From a virus (lineage: Duplodnaviria > Caudoviricetes), in the IMG/VR virus record IMGVR_UViG_3300017755_003500, positions 1-25,186 of that record: DNA of 25,186 nucleotides; one strand, 5' to 3'. Shown in pieces: positions 1-8,412 of the stretch (its first letter is position 1; each line of letters begins with the position of its first letter). The translations under genes were made by a program, and so were the position numbers. Under the pieces are notes generated by a model that was given only the letters and a program-made list of their open reading frames with translations, was not told the DNA's origin and ran no database searches.

Positions 1-147
1 AATTATCAATTTTTAGTACCTGACTACAATACATTCTCAGGAAGTTTTCAAGTTGTAAGTCTTGAATACTCAGGTAGTTATAATGGCGAGGTTACTTATT
101 CAATGAGTTTTGAATCATCTGGTGGCGTAACTATAGCAACTGTATAA
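1..147 (+). CDS. Major tail tube protein, C-terminal part (TP901-1/GTA-like family)
   Basis: Frame 1 reads NYQFLVPDYNTFSGSFQVVSLEYSGSYNGEVTYSMSFESSGGVTIATV*, resembling GTA-type tail tube C-termini; lies upstream of chaperones and tape measure. Truncated by the window edge. Confidence 0.85.
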   Translation, partial: NYQFLVPDYNTFSGSFQVVSLEYSGSYNGEVTYSMSFESSGGVTIATV

Positions 148-160
148 AAAGGAGTTAACT

Positions 161-445
161 ATGATTTATCAAGTCGTTAATAATGTTGCATTAGCTTATA
201 CAGACAGCTCAGCGACCACAAGTGCGTTATCGATTCCAAGTGGCGTTGTAAGATTATGTTCTACAACAGCATGTCATATAAGTATTAATTCTGCGTCAGG
301 CACAGACGCAACAGCAAATGATATGCACATTGGTATTGGCGAAGAAACTTTCGTTGCTGTGCCAACAGGATATTTTATATCTGCGATTAGAACGACTGCT
401 AGTGGTACACTAACAATTCAAGCGATAGATATTGGGAGACCATAA
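161..445 (+). CDS. Small beta-rich hypothetical protein, probably virion-associated
   Basis: 94 aa ORF with AGGAG RBS; Ser/Thr/Ala-rich; inside the tail operon. Confidence 0.6.
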   Translation: MIYQVVNNVALAYTDSSATTSALSIPSGVVRLCSTTACHISINSASGTDATANDMHIGIGEETFVAVPTGYFISAIRTTASGTLTIQAIDIGRP

Positions 446-702
446 TGTGGGAATTAAAAGCTATTGAGATAGGCTCAAAGAAATTAGACGCTCAAGTTAA
501 CGTAAATGATAACAACGTTGAGATTGAGGCTCCTTTTTATAAAACTTTTAAAGATACAGATACAATAAAAATTGATAAACAGACGTACACAATCAAGACG
601 GCTGTTAATGTTGCAGAACGAAATGAAACAATAATCATTACCACAATGGAGAAAGACAATGAGCATAAACAAGCTAAAAGCAGAAAAGATACTAACGTTT
701 AA
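445..702 (+). CDS. Hypothetical protein
   Basis: 85 aa ORF, TAATG-coupled to the previous gene, GGAG upstream. Confidence 0.6.
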   Translation: MWELKAIEIGSKKLDAQVNVNDNNVEIEAPFYKTFKDTDTIKIDKQTYTIKTAVNVAERNETIIITTMEKDNEHKQAKSRKDTNV

Positions 703-1021
703 TGATGGCATAACGTACAAAGCACGTATGAGTCTTGACACTTGTATTCGTATTGAGCAAACATTAGGTATTGGTATTATAAAATTAGGTAACCTATTAG
801 CTAACACCGACATTACTCTTACTCAAATTATTCAAGTTATCACTCTTGCTATAAGAGGTGGTGGTAATGACGTAAAAGAAAAAGATATAAAAAAATTAAT
901 ATCTGATATAGGATTAATAGAGGCAATTAAAATAACTGGTGAGCTTGTAGCTTTAGCATTAAACGTTGATGATAATACAGAAACTGATGATGAAAAAAAA
1001 AGCGACAAGGAATCAAGTTAG
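659..1021 (+). CDS. Tail assembly chaperone (GTA gp10-like, gpG analogue)
   Basis: GGAG RBS; helical protein with LAIRGGG motif; lies before the tape measure; ends just after an A9 run. Confidence 0.8.
   Translation: MSINKLKAEKILTFNDGITYKARMSLDTCIRIEQTLGIGIIKLGNLLANTDITLTQIIQVITLAIRGGGNDVKEKDIKKLISDIGLIEAIKITGELVALALNVDDNTETDDEKKSDKESS
993..1001 (+). other. Programmed -1 frameshift slippery site (A AAA AAA)
   Basis: GAA AAA AAA AGC near the end of the chaperone ORF; the -1 frame is closed by TGA at 991-993 and open from 994 to TAA at 1225-1227. Confidence 0.75.
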
Positions 1022-1227
1022 ACGGAGACGCTGAATTACCATATCAACGGTGGCTTGAGGTATGTGTTGGTATGATTGGTATGAGTCCAGCTGATTTTTG
1101 GGATTCAAGTATACCTGAGATATCATTTGCTGTTAAAGGGTTTGCGGAGTTTAATGGTGGTAATAAAGATAAACCAATGAGCAAAAACGAACTTGAGGAG
1201 CTACAGGAATTATATCCTGATTATTAA
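1000..1227 (+). CDS. Tail assembly chaperone frameshift extension (gpT analogue)
   Basis: -1 frame reads KRQGIKLDGDAELPYQRWLEVCVGMIGMSPADFWDSSIPEISFAVKGFAEFNGGNKDKPMSKNELEELQELYPDY*. The GMSPADFW...PMSxxELxEL..YPD pattern is typical of this chaperone family; it abuts the tape measure ATG. Absent from the ORF track. Confidence 0.8.
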   Translation, partial: KRQGIKLDGDAELPYQRWLEVCVGMIGMSPADFWDSSIPEISFAVKGFAEFNGGNKDKPMSKNELEELQELYPDY

Positions 1228-3177
1228 ATGGCAACTGAATTAGATACATTATTAGTTAAAATTAAAGCAGATTTGTCAGGTCTTGAAAAAGATATGTCAA
1301 AGGCTAACAAAATTGTAGGACGGTCGACTAATAGTTTTAAAAAAGGATTCGCAAGTGCGTCAAAAAGTTTAAATAAATTTTCTGCTACAGCCACCAAAGT
1401 AGGAGCAGTATTAGCTGTCGCTCTTGGTGGTATGTTTATTAAAGGCGTTATAGACGTTGGCATACAAATAGAAAATTTAAAAGTTAGGTTAGAGGCTTTA
1501 TTTGGCTCTGTTAACGAGGGTGAGAAAGCCTTTAAAAACATGTTAGAATTTGCTGGTAAAGTTCCTTTTACGTTAGGTGAAATTCAACAAGCGTCAGGCA
1601 ACCTTGCTGTAGTCTCTGATGACGCTGACCATTTAGCACGAATATTAAAAATTACAGGTAACGTGGCTGCCGTTACAGGATTATCATTTCAACAAACAGC
1701 TGAACAAATTCAAAGGTCGTTTTCTGGTGGTATAGCCTCTGCTGATGTTTTTAGAGAAAGAGGCGTACGAAGTATGTTGGAATTTAAAGCTGGTGCGACA
1801 GTATCAGTAGAGGAAACTATATTAAAATTTGAAGAAGTATTTGGTGAGGGTGGACGATTCGGTAACATGACAGACGAATTGGCTAACACTTTAACAGGTA
1901 CGGTATCAATGATAAAAGATAAATATATGCAATTCCAAATTGCTGTTGGTGAGTCTTTTTTTGCAGAATTAAAAAAACAATTTAAAGACCTTGATGGATT
2001 TCTAAATAAAAATAACCAGTCCATTAAAGACCTTGGACGTACCGTTGGTGAAAATTTAGCAAAAACTGTAAAATTCTTAGTTGACAACATTGAAAATATA
2101 AAAACTTTTTTCCAAGTGTTTGCTGGAATTGCAGTAATAAATGCACTAGCAAGATTAAAAGAAAGTTTTATAGCTTTAAATTTAGCTATGCTTTTAAACC
2201 CTGTCATGGCTGGAGTTATGGCTGCCCTAGCTATATCTGCAGGTATTATTGCAACCATTGAATATTTTAAAGACTTAAATAATGTTATGAGAGATGTTAC
2301 AGATGAGCTGGTAAAACAAAATGAGCAGTTTCGTGAGAGTCAAGGGTTACTGCAAAATTATATGAGGCGTCCACAAGCCTTAGAAAACGCTGTATTTAAT
2401 GTCTTTCCAAGTGTTGACCCAGAGCGTCAAAAAGCAGAGCAGAAACGTAGAGATGAAATTAATGCGATTGTTAAAAAAAATGAGGCTATGCGTGTGTTAA
2501 TTGAAAACAATAATGTTATGGCACGTGGACAAGGAGCTTTGCAAGTAGCGTTATCACATACTAAAGATGAAATGACTGACTACCAACGTGTTATGAGTGG
2601 CGTTGCGGATGTATTTGATGGAGCTGGTAAAGCAATATCAAGAATGTTTGCTGACGCTATTGTTAAAGGTGAATCATTTAGACAAAGTATGTTAGATATA
2701 TTTCAATCTATTATTAGTCAAATTGTCGCACTAATAATTCAAATAAAACTAATAGAGCCGTTTATGGAAAATCTTGGAGATGTGTTACGTGGTACAAAAA
2801 CTGCAAAAACTACTACTGGTGGCTCTGCTGATAGTGGTAAGATTATTGGTGATTTAATAAACAAAGGATTTGATTTATTTGGGTTAGCTGGTGGTGGAAG
2901 TGTTAGTCCAAACATGCCATATATGGTAGGTGAGCGTGGACCAGAAATGTTTGTTCCTAACTCTGCTGGAAATATTATTAATAACAACCAAGTTAATGGA
3001 ATGGGTAGAGGTCAACCTATAGTTATTGAGCAAAACTTAAATTTCTCTACAGGTGTAAGTCAAACAGTTAGAGCTGAGATAATGAATTTGTTACCAGCTA
3101 TACAAGAATCAACATTAAGTGCAGTACAAGACGCCAGATTACGAGGTGGAAGTTTTGCAAAGGACTTTGGTGGGTAA
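1228..3177 (+). CDS. Tail tape measure protein
   Basis: 649 aa, helical; LLVKIKAD N-terminus, tape-measure domain (FAGKVPFTLGEI), C-terminal AGGGSV...YMVGERGPEMFVP motif. Confidence 0.92.
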   Translation: MATELDTLLVKIKADLSGLEKDMSKANKIVGRSTNSFKKGFASASKSLNKFSATATKVGAVLAVALGGMFIKGVIDVGIQIENLKVRLEALFGSVNEGEKAFKNMLEFAGKVPFTLGEIQQASGNLAVVSDDADHLARILKITGNVAAVTGLSFQQTAEQIQRSFSGGIASADVFRERGVRSMLEFKAGATVSVEETILKFEEVFGEGGRFGNMTDELANTLTGTVSMIKDKYMQFQIAVGESFFAELKKQFKDLDGFLNKNNQSIKDLGRTVGENLAKTVKFLVDNIENIKTFFQVFAGIAVINALARLKESFIALNLAMLLNPVMAGVMAALAISAGIIATIEYFKDLNNVMRDVTDELVKQNEQFRESQGLLQNYMRRPQALENAVFNVFPSVDPERQKAEQKRRDEINAIVKKNEAMRVLIENNNVMARGQGALQVALSHTKDEMTDYQRVMSGVADVFDGAGKAISRMFADAIVKGESFRQSMLDIFQSIISQIVALIIQIKLIEPFMENLGDVLRGTKTAKTTTGGSADSGKIIGDLINKGFDLFGLAGGGSVSPNMPYMVGERGPEMFVPNSAGNIINNNQVNGMGRGQPIVIEQNLNFSTGVSQTVRAEIMNLLPAIQESTLSAVQDARLRGGSFAKDFGG

Positions 3178-3804
3178 ATGGCAAATCCAACGTACCCACT
3201 AACAATGCCAACCACTCCAAATTTTGTTAGAAGTGAATGGAGTATTAGTAGAGCAGTTGGTTTAAGTAAATCACCATTCTCATTTACACAACAAGCGTTT
3301 GAATATACAGGTGCTGTATGGACTGCGAGTGTAACTTTACCACCTATGACAAGAGCTCAAGCTGTTGAGTGGCAAGCGTTTTTTATGCAACTCCATGGGT
3401 CCTTTGGTACTTTTTTAATGGGAGACCCAGACGCAAAAAACGTTAGAGGTACAGTAGCAAATACAATAGCAGTAAATGGTAATCATGTTTTAGGAGCTTA
3501 TGATATAGCAGTTGATGGAGCTGATACCTCTGAATCTCAACTATTTAAGAAAGGTGATTATGTGCAATTTAATTCAGGAGCAACCAGTAAACTACATATG
3601 ATTATTGCTGACGTTGCTAGTAACGGAAGTGGAGAGGCAACATTAACAATAGAGCCACCACTATCATCAGCTTTAAGTAATGACGCTACTGTTTCTTATG
3701 TTAGCCCGAAAGCTGTAATGAGAATGTCAAACAATGAGCTATCATGGAACGCAAGTCATATCAGCTTATATGGAGTATCTTTCTCATGCGAAGAAGTTTT
3801 ATAG
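3178..3804 (+). CDS. Distal tail protein (Dit-like)
   Basis: Immediately after the tape measure; SPF..Q....WTASVTLPPM...WQAFFMQLHG pattern typical of siphophage distal tail proteins. Confidence 0.7.
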   Translation: MANPTYPLTMPTTPNFVRSEWSISRAVGLSKSPFSFTQQAFEYTGAVWTASVTLPPMTRAQAVEWQAFFMQLHGSFGTFLMGDPDAKNVRGTVANTIAVNGNHVLGAYDIAVDGADTSESQLFKKGDYVQFNSGATSKLHMIIADVASNGSGEATLTIEPPLSSALSNDATVSYVSPKAVMRMSNNELSWNASHISLYGVSFSCEEVL

Positions 3805-4328
3805 TCTTTTTATTTATTATGTTATTAGTTTTAACCTTTGCAACTATGAAATCTTATGGTGCTGACTCAACTGTTAATTATAAAAACCAGCCTGTACCAA
3901 GTGCCATATCTGCTAGTGTTCAAAGCTACTCGCAAATGATTTGCTCTTTCCCAGTTGTTGGAGCTGTTCAAACATCCGTTGTTGGTATATCAACAGGAAC
4001 AACATTTACTGATTGGAATTGCGAGAGACGAGCTTTAAGTAATAGCCTTTCTAAAGCTGGATTAAAAGTGGCTAGCATATCTGTTTTATGTGCTGGTAGT
4101 AAAGCCGTCTGGAGTGCTATGTTACATAGTGGAACGCCTTGCAGTATATGGAATGGTAAAAAAGCATTGATTGGTAGCGAGGCAATTAAACATTATAAAA
4201 TGATGGGGTATATTAACGATTATGGTCAAATTATTAGATATCCTGATTATTTGGGTACTGATTACAATGTTAGTAATTACAGCCACTCAAAAGGTCAGGG
4301 CAACGGAAACGACAAATATCCTAAATAA
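3786..4328 (+). CDS. Exported Cys-containing hypothetical protein (PSAISA...C...GAVQT...NCER type)
   Basis: Likely start ATG 3786 gives MRRSFIVFLFIMLLVLTFATMKSYGA (signal peptide-like); four Cys; I recall this pattern from marine phage hypothetical proteins. Confidence 0.65.
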   Translation: MRRSFIVFLFIMLLVLTFATMKSYGADSTVNYKNQPVPSAISASVQSYSQMICSFPVVGAVQTSVVGISTGTTFTDWNCERRALSNSLSKAGLKVASISVLCAGSKAVWSAMLHSGTPCSIWNGKKALIGSEAIKHYKMMGYINDYGQIIRYPDYLGTDYNVSNYSHSKGQGNGNDKYPK

Positions 4329-5901
4329 CGGCTCTTTTGATAACCAGACTAATGGCTGGGAATTAGATGGAAATGTTGATTATGATAATAATACTTATTC
4401 TGGTGGTATATCAAAGTCAGTTAGATTTAGCAGTTCAGTTGGTGGCTCAATATCACAAACTATAACTTTAGATAATATAGTTGCAGATGAAAAATATGTT
4501 GCTCAAGTGCATGGAAGTATTTTATCTATTGGCTGTAATAATGAGGGAGATTTATGGTGTACGACTACTGGCACAGCAAATAATCTTGACCCTGTTAACA
4601 CAACAATTACATTTAAAACCAAAACACAAGAAGAAACATTAAATTATAATTTTACCAGTGATTATAATGATGGAACAATTACATCTACATTCACAATTAA
4701 TTTAAATAATGATTTTCACATAAACGAGACGATTATTGATGTTAATGTCTTTGGTGCTGATACTGGAGACAAGACAGGGCAATTTGGCACAATTATAGAC
4801 GATTTAACCCTGACTTTAACACTTGCTGACCTTGTCGTAGCTCAAACAACTGAAATCAGCGAAATAACGCAAATAACAGCACCAGAGAGCATTATTGGTG
4901 GCTTGGATAGCGTATCTATTGTTGACACGCTCTCAAGTGGAATAATTGACATAAATCCACCAGAGGATATACAGGTTGCAAATTTGTCGCCACAAATATC
5001 TGTCATATCTGATATAAGAACAGAGCAAATGAATATGGAAATTGCTGATGTTGGTATTAACAATGATATGCCAACTTCTATTGATGTTGGAGCAGATGTG
5101 CCTGTTGATGATAATATGCTTGATATGGATATGCCAGATATTGAAATGCCTGATATTCAAATGCCAGATAATTTGCCAGAAATAAATGACATACAGATTG
5201 AATCTGTAAATGAAATACAAAATGAGCCAGAAACATTACAAGAAATTAGAGAAGAAATACCAGAAAATAATATTGAAGAACTTCCAACAGAACTAGAAGA
5301 AACAAATATGGAAGAAGATTTAAAGGAGAATCAAAATGAACAGCAAGAGGAAACAGCAACTGAGAATGAGGAAGTTGATGGAGCAAATGAAGAAAGCGAG
5401 TTATCAGACGACAGCTCAACCGAAGAAAAAGAGCCAGAGCCAAAAGAAGAAATAAGTGAAAACGAGGAAAAAGAATCTGAAGAAAAAGAGGAAACTGCTG
5501 AAGAAGAAGTAAAAGAGGAGCCAAGTGCAAATGATGAAAAGGTTGTTAAAACAGCAAAATCAAGCAAATCTGAAAAGAAACAAGGCTCTAATTCGCCTAA
5601 ATCAAGCGATAAAAAAACTTCTGTTGCTAGTACTACCCTTAAAATTAAGTCGAACATTGTAATTCAAGACATTGACATCAAGACAATCGTTAGCTTTAAT
5701 AAGGAATATTTTGAGGTAAAAATAACTGATACATTAGATTTAACAACAACGGAGATAGACTTTTATGACGGACAAGGATTCAACAATACAGCTTACGCCC
5801 AAAATAATATTGATTTTTTTGCTCTCGATTGCAAGTCCGATTGCTGGGGGAATATACACGTTCGCACAAATGCAATCCAGATTGAACAATTTAGAAGATA
5901 G
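4222..5901 (+). CDS. Large exported acidic protein with N-terminal beta-sandwich (CBM-like) domain and Glu-rich linker
   Basis: Hydrophobic N-terminus ending VRA, then NILNNGSFD...GW; D/E/P-rich low-complexity middle; Lys/Ser-rich stretch; 559 aa. Confidence 0.65.
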   Translation: MVKLLDILIIWVLITMLVITATQKVRATETTNILNNGSFDNQTNGWELDGNVDYDNNTYSGGISKSVRFSSSVGGSISQTITLDNIVADEKYVAQVHGSILSIGCNNEGDLWCTTTGTANNLDPVNTTITFKTKTQEETLNYNFTSDYNDGTITSTFTINLNNDFHINETIIDVNVFGADTGDKTGQFGTIIDDLTLTLTLADLVVAQTTEISEITQITAPESIIGGLDSVSIVDTLSSGIIDINPPEDIQVANLSPQISVISDIRTEQMNMEIADVGINNDMPTSIDVGADVPVDDNMLDMDMPDIEMPDIQMPDNLPEINDIQIESVNEIQNEPETLQEIREEIPENNIEELPTELEETNMEEDLKENQNEQQEETATENEEVDGANEESELSDDSSTEEKEPEPKEEISENEEKESEEKEETAEEEVKEEPSANDEKVVKTAKSSKSEKKQGSNSPKSSDKKTSVASTTLKIKSNIVIQDIDIKTIVSFNKEYFEVKITDTLDLTTTEIDFYDGQGFNNTAYAQNNIDFFALDCKSDCWGNIHVRTNAIQIEQFRR

Positions 5902-6097
5902 CGTTTCAAGTATTCCTAGTGGAGATAATTCTGCAATACTTGAAAGAATTACTACAGTTGAAATAAACTCAACTAATAACAAAACATCTATTGATAAAAT
6001 AGACGCTGATATAGATAAGATTGTTGAGCATGTTGACAAGTCATTTAAGACAGTTACTGAATCATTGAACGCTAATCCACTTTCATTAGGTAACTAA
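5765..6097 (+). CDS. Membrane-anchored coiled-coil protein
   Basis: GGAG RBS about 10 nt upstream; one N-terminal TM helix, heptad-like remainder, ends in NPLSLGN. Confidence 0.65.
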   Translation: MTDKDSTIQLTPKIILIFLLSIASPIAGGIYTFAQMQSRLNNLEDSVSSIPSGDNSAILERITTVEINSTNNKTSIDKIDADIDKIVEHVDKSFKTVTESLNANPLSLGN

Positions 6098-6098
6098 T

Positions 6099-6302
6099 AT
6101 GACAAAATCTGAAAAAGAATGTTTGTTAAGGCTTGAAGAAAAGTTAGACCAAGTACAAAAATCAGTTGAGAAGAATGCAAAAGAAATATCAGATTTAAAA
6201 GCTACAGTCAATATGGGAAAGGGTGCAGTCAAAGCATTGGTTTGGATTGGTAGTTCTTTAACCGTTATAGCTGGATTATTTAAATATGGAGATGGTATAT
6301 GA
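6099..6302 (+). CDS. Small coiled-coil protein with C-terminal TM helix (XhlA/holin-like)
   Basis: RLEEKLDQV coiled coil followed by GAVKALVWIGSSLTVIAGLF. Confidence 0.6.
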   Translation: MTKSEKECLLRLEEKLDQVQKSVEKNAKEISDLKATVNMGKGAVKALVWIGSSLTVIAGLFKYGDGI

Positions 6303-6712
6303 TAGGATTAATAGCTAGTTCGTTGACTAAGGTTGTTGGTACTTATTTTGAAAATAAGTCCCAAGAGTCGGTTGCCAAGGCTGGTCTTAAAAAAGCAGAA
6401 ATTGAGGCTAAAACAACTGTTGCCAAAGCTGTAGCTGATGGAAAACTAGAGGCTAACAAATTAAATGCTCAATGGGAAAATAAAGCTGTTGAGTCATTAT
6501 CAGGAAGTTGGAAAGATGAATTTATCACAATAGTTGTTTTATCGCCTTGTATACTTATTTTTTTTCCTAACTTTCAACCGTACGTTCGATTAGGTTTTGA
6601 TATATTAGGTACGTTACCAGACTGGTATATTAATTTAATTTATATCACAGTTTGTGCTGGACTAGGTCTTAAAGGAGTAGGTGGAATTTCTAAATTTATG
6701 AGGAAAAAATAA
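6299..6712 (+). CDS. Putative holin (GTA 3TM-holin-like)
   Basis: SWKDEF...LPDWY...GLKG pattern, hydrophobic helices, basic C-terminus. Confidence 0.65.
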   Translation: MIGLIASSLTKVVGTYFENKSQESVAKAGLKKAEIEAKTTVAKAVADGKLEANKLNAQWENKAVESLSGSWKDEFITIVVLSPCILIFFPNFQPYVRLGFDILGTLPDWYINLIYITVCAGLGLKGVGGISKFMRKK

Positions 6713-6849
6713 TGTTTGACACAATAAAACATGGCGTTAAAAAAGTTGTAAAAACAGTAAAAGATATTTTTTACAACGTCCCTGACGGCTTAATGTTTGT
6801 ACTTCAATCAAGTGTTATTACTATATTTTGGATTACTGTTATCTGCTAA
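6712..6849 (+). CDS. Small membrane peptide, 45 aa
   Basis: TAATG-coupled to the holin, AGGA upstream; MFDTIKHGVKKVVKTVKDIFYNVPDGLMFVLQSSVITIFWITVIC*. Absent from the ORF track. Confidence 0.5.
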   Translation: MFDTIKHGVKKVVKTVKDIFYNVPDGLMFVLQSSVITIFWITVIC

Positions 6850-6897
6850 CAGCAAAGCAAAATATAAATATCATTACACATAAAAGTAATAATTGAC

Positions 6898-7098
6898 TCA
6901 TTTTTGCACCTCGTCTTTTGTTATTGTTTTTGATAAAGCGTACGCTTGGTTTAAATTACTGACTATTATAATAAGGTTTGTAATCTCATTAATTTGCTCT
7001 TTTGTACCTTTACATTCTGCCATTAATTTTTTTATTTTTGTTACAGTATGTGCTATCTCATTTTCAATATTTGCTGTTATTGTTTCCATAGTAGTCAT
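6898..7098 (-). CDS. Hypothetical protein
   Basis: GGAG RBS before ATG 7098 (MTTMETIT...); last gene of the leftward operon. Confidence 0.55.
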   Translation of the reverse strand: MTTMETITANIENEIAHTVTKIKKLMAECKGTKEQINEITNLIIIVSNLNQAYALSKTITKDEVQK

Positions 7099-7102
7099 AT
7101 TA

Positions 7103-7696
7103 TTATCTCCATGATTCGCCAAATACCCATGCAACAATTACTTTTCTAATACCTTTAGTAACAGGGGTAATGCGGTGATTTAAAAATGATGTAAATGCAA
7201 TCAGTCGGTCAGGAGTACTCTTTGCTGTATATATATTTCCAGCGTCAGAAAAAAATTGTAACTCTCCACCCTCGTAACCCTCGTTTAATACCCACGATAT
7301 AGATATCTTACGTGTAGACGCAAGGTTAGACCCGATATCAGTATGCCAATCGTATTTACCACCCTTGTGATATTCAAGATATTGTATATCTTGGATTCCT
7401 GATAATTTATAATTAAACTCTTTATTAATATCAATTAAAGCATGTCTAATTAATTCTGCAGTAATTGAATCTTTTTGATTTAAACGCCAACATTCAACAT
7501 TTCTCATATTATTATATTTTTGGTCAGTTGTTCTAGCTGTTACCTCAACTCCACTTTCCATAACTTCTTTTAATACAAGGTTTGTCATTCCATCAGTCAT
7601 TGGTAGAGGAATAATTCCATACTCTGAATCTTTATCTTGGTCGTACTTTACATTATCAGTAAAAAAACTTTGGTTTAAATGTTTTAATTTGCCCAT
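7103..7696 (-). CDS. 2OG-Fe(II) oxygenase (prolyl-4-hydroxylase-like)
   Basis: YDWHTD (HxD), YEGGEL, HRITPVTKGIRKVIVAW (distal His and 2OG-binding Arg). Confidence 0.92.
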   Translation of the reverse strand: MGKLKHLNQSFFTDNVKYDQDKDSEYGIIPLPMTDGMTNLVLKEVMESGVEVTARTTDQKYNNMRNVECWRLNQKDSITAELIRHALIDINKEFNYKLSGIQDIQYLEYHKGGKYDWHTDIGSNLASTRKISISWVLNEGYEGGELQFFSDAGNIYTAKSTPDRLIAFTSFLNHRITPVTKGIRKVIVAWVFGESWR

Positions 7697-7707
7697 GCTA
7701 TATCCTT

Positions 7708-7737
7708 AAAAAAAACTCCTTGCTGTTACACAAGGAG
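7708..7737 (-). terminator. Intrinsic terminator-like hairpin directly before the oxygenase RBS
   Basis: Minus strand reads CTCCTTG-tgtaacag-CAAGGAG followed by T8. Confidence 0.65.
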
Positions 7738-7747
7738 AAAGTGAATG

Positions 7748-7770
7748 CCTTGCCACTAGGATAGGCAAGG
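7748..7770. other. Second hairpin CCTTGCC-N9-GGCAAGG
   Basis: Perfect 7-bp inverted repeat that shares the CCTTG/CAAGG core with the neighbouring terminator. Confidence 0.7.
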
Positions 7771-7817
7771 ACTTTTTAAGATATGAAAAAAATAACAATC
7801 CCTTTAATAATACCAAA

Positions 7818-8129
7818 TTAAAAAGGAATGTCATCTTTATCAAAATCATCTTTTGCTGTTTTATTTTCATTTTTTTGCTTATCAATCGCCTCTTGAAAAT
7901 TAGCACCACCACATAACGTATCAGTTATAGGTTTCCATGTATTAACTTCACCATAAATATTACCAGCTTTTGAAGTCTTTACATCAATATTTATATAGTC
8001 ATCTGTCTCATTGGTAAGCCATTCAATACACTCTTTACGATTAATACTTACAGCAAGGTCAATCCACTCTTGCTTATGCTCTTTAAAAAATATACCTTTT
8101 GGAAACACTTTTTCTTTTCTATCCGACAT
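7818..8129 (-). CDS. Putative single-stranded DNA-binding protein
   Basis: GGAGG RBS before ATG 8129; beta-rich core and acidic DDFDKDDIPF tail; same operon as ERF. Confidence 0.65.
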   Translation of the reverse strand: MSDRKEKVFPKGIFFKEHKQEWIDLAVSINRKECIEWLTNETDDYINIDVKTSKAGNIYGEVNTWKPITDTLCGGANFQEAIDKQKNENKTAKDDFDKDDIPF

Positions 8130-8412
8130 TTTTTTTACCCTCCATATTTTTAATATATTCATCTTTTGCTAAAAGTTTTAGAACTTCAGTATGTTGTGTA
8201 CAGTTTACCTCACGTGATTTATTTACATATTTAAGTAAAAAATCAATAGTTTGCGACACATCACAAGCAATACCTAAAAACTTCTCATTATTTTCTTGAG
8301 CAAGAGCTGTATCAAAACCAAGCAATTCTTCCTCTTGATGTTGTAACTCTAACTCGTGTGCATGGTGTTCTTCTGCCTCTTGGACATTTAATATATGCTC
8401 GTCTTTATCCAT
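8119..8412 (-). CDS. Hypothetical protein
   Basis: AGGAG RBS before ATG 8412 (MDKDEHIL...). Confidence 0.6.
   Translation of the reverse strand: MDKDEHILNVQEAEEHHAHELELQHQEEELLGFDTALAQENNEKFLGIACDVSQTIDFLLKYVNKSREVNCTQHTEVLKLLAKDEYIKNMEGKKNVG

Noticed and set aside
5131-5170. 15-nt period repeat ATGCCWGATA
   Set aside because: Explained by the MPDIE/MPDIQ peptide repeat in a low-complexity linker; not a CRISPR or regulatory array.
484-6039. Minus-strand ORFs opposite the tail and envelope genes (484-813, 1224-1541, 1710-2258, 2739-2987, 4842-6039)
   Set aside because: Shadows of well-supported plus-strand genes; composition mirrors the sense codons.
7706-7912. 68-aa minus-strand ORF running through the two hairpins (possible leader peptide)
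   Set aside because: Overlaps the SSB-like gene out of frame and has no convincing RBS; not called, though it would matter if the attenuator is real.
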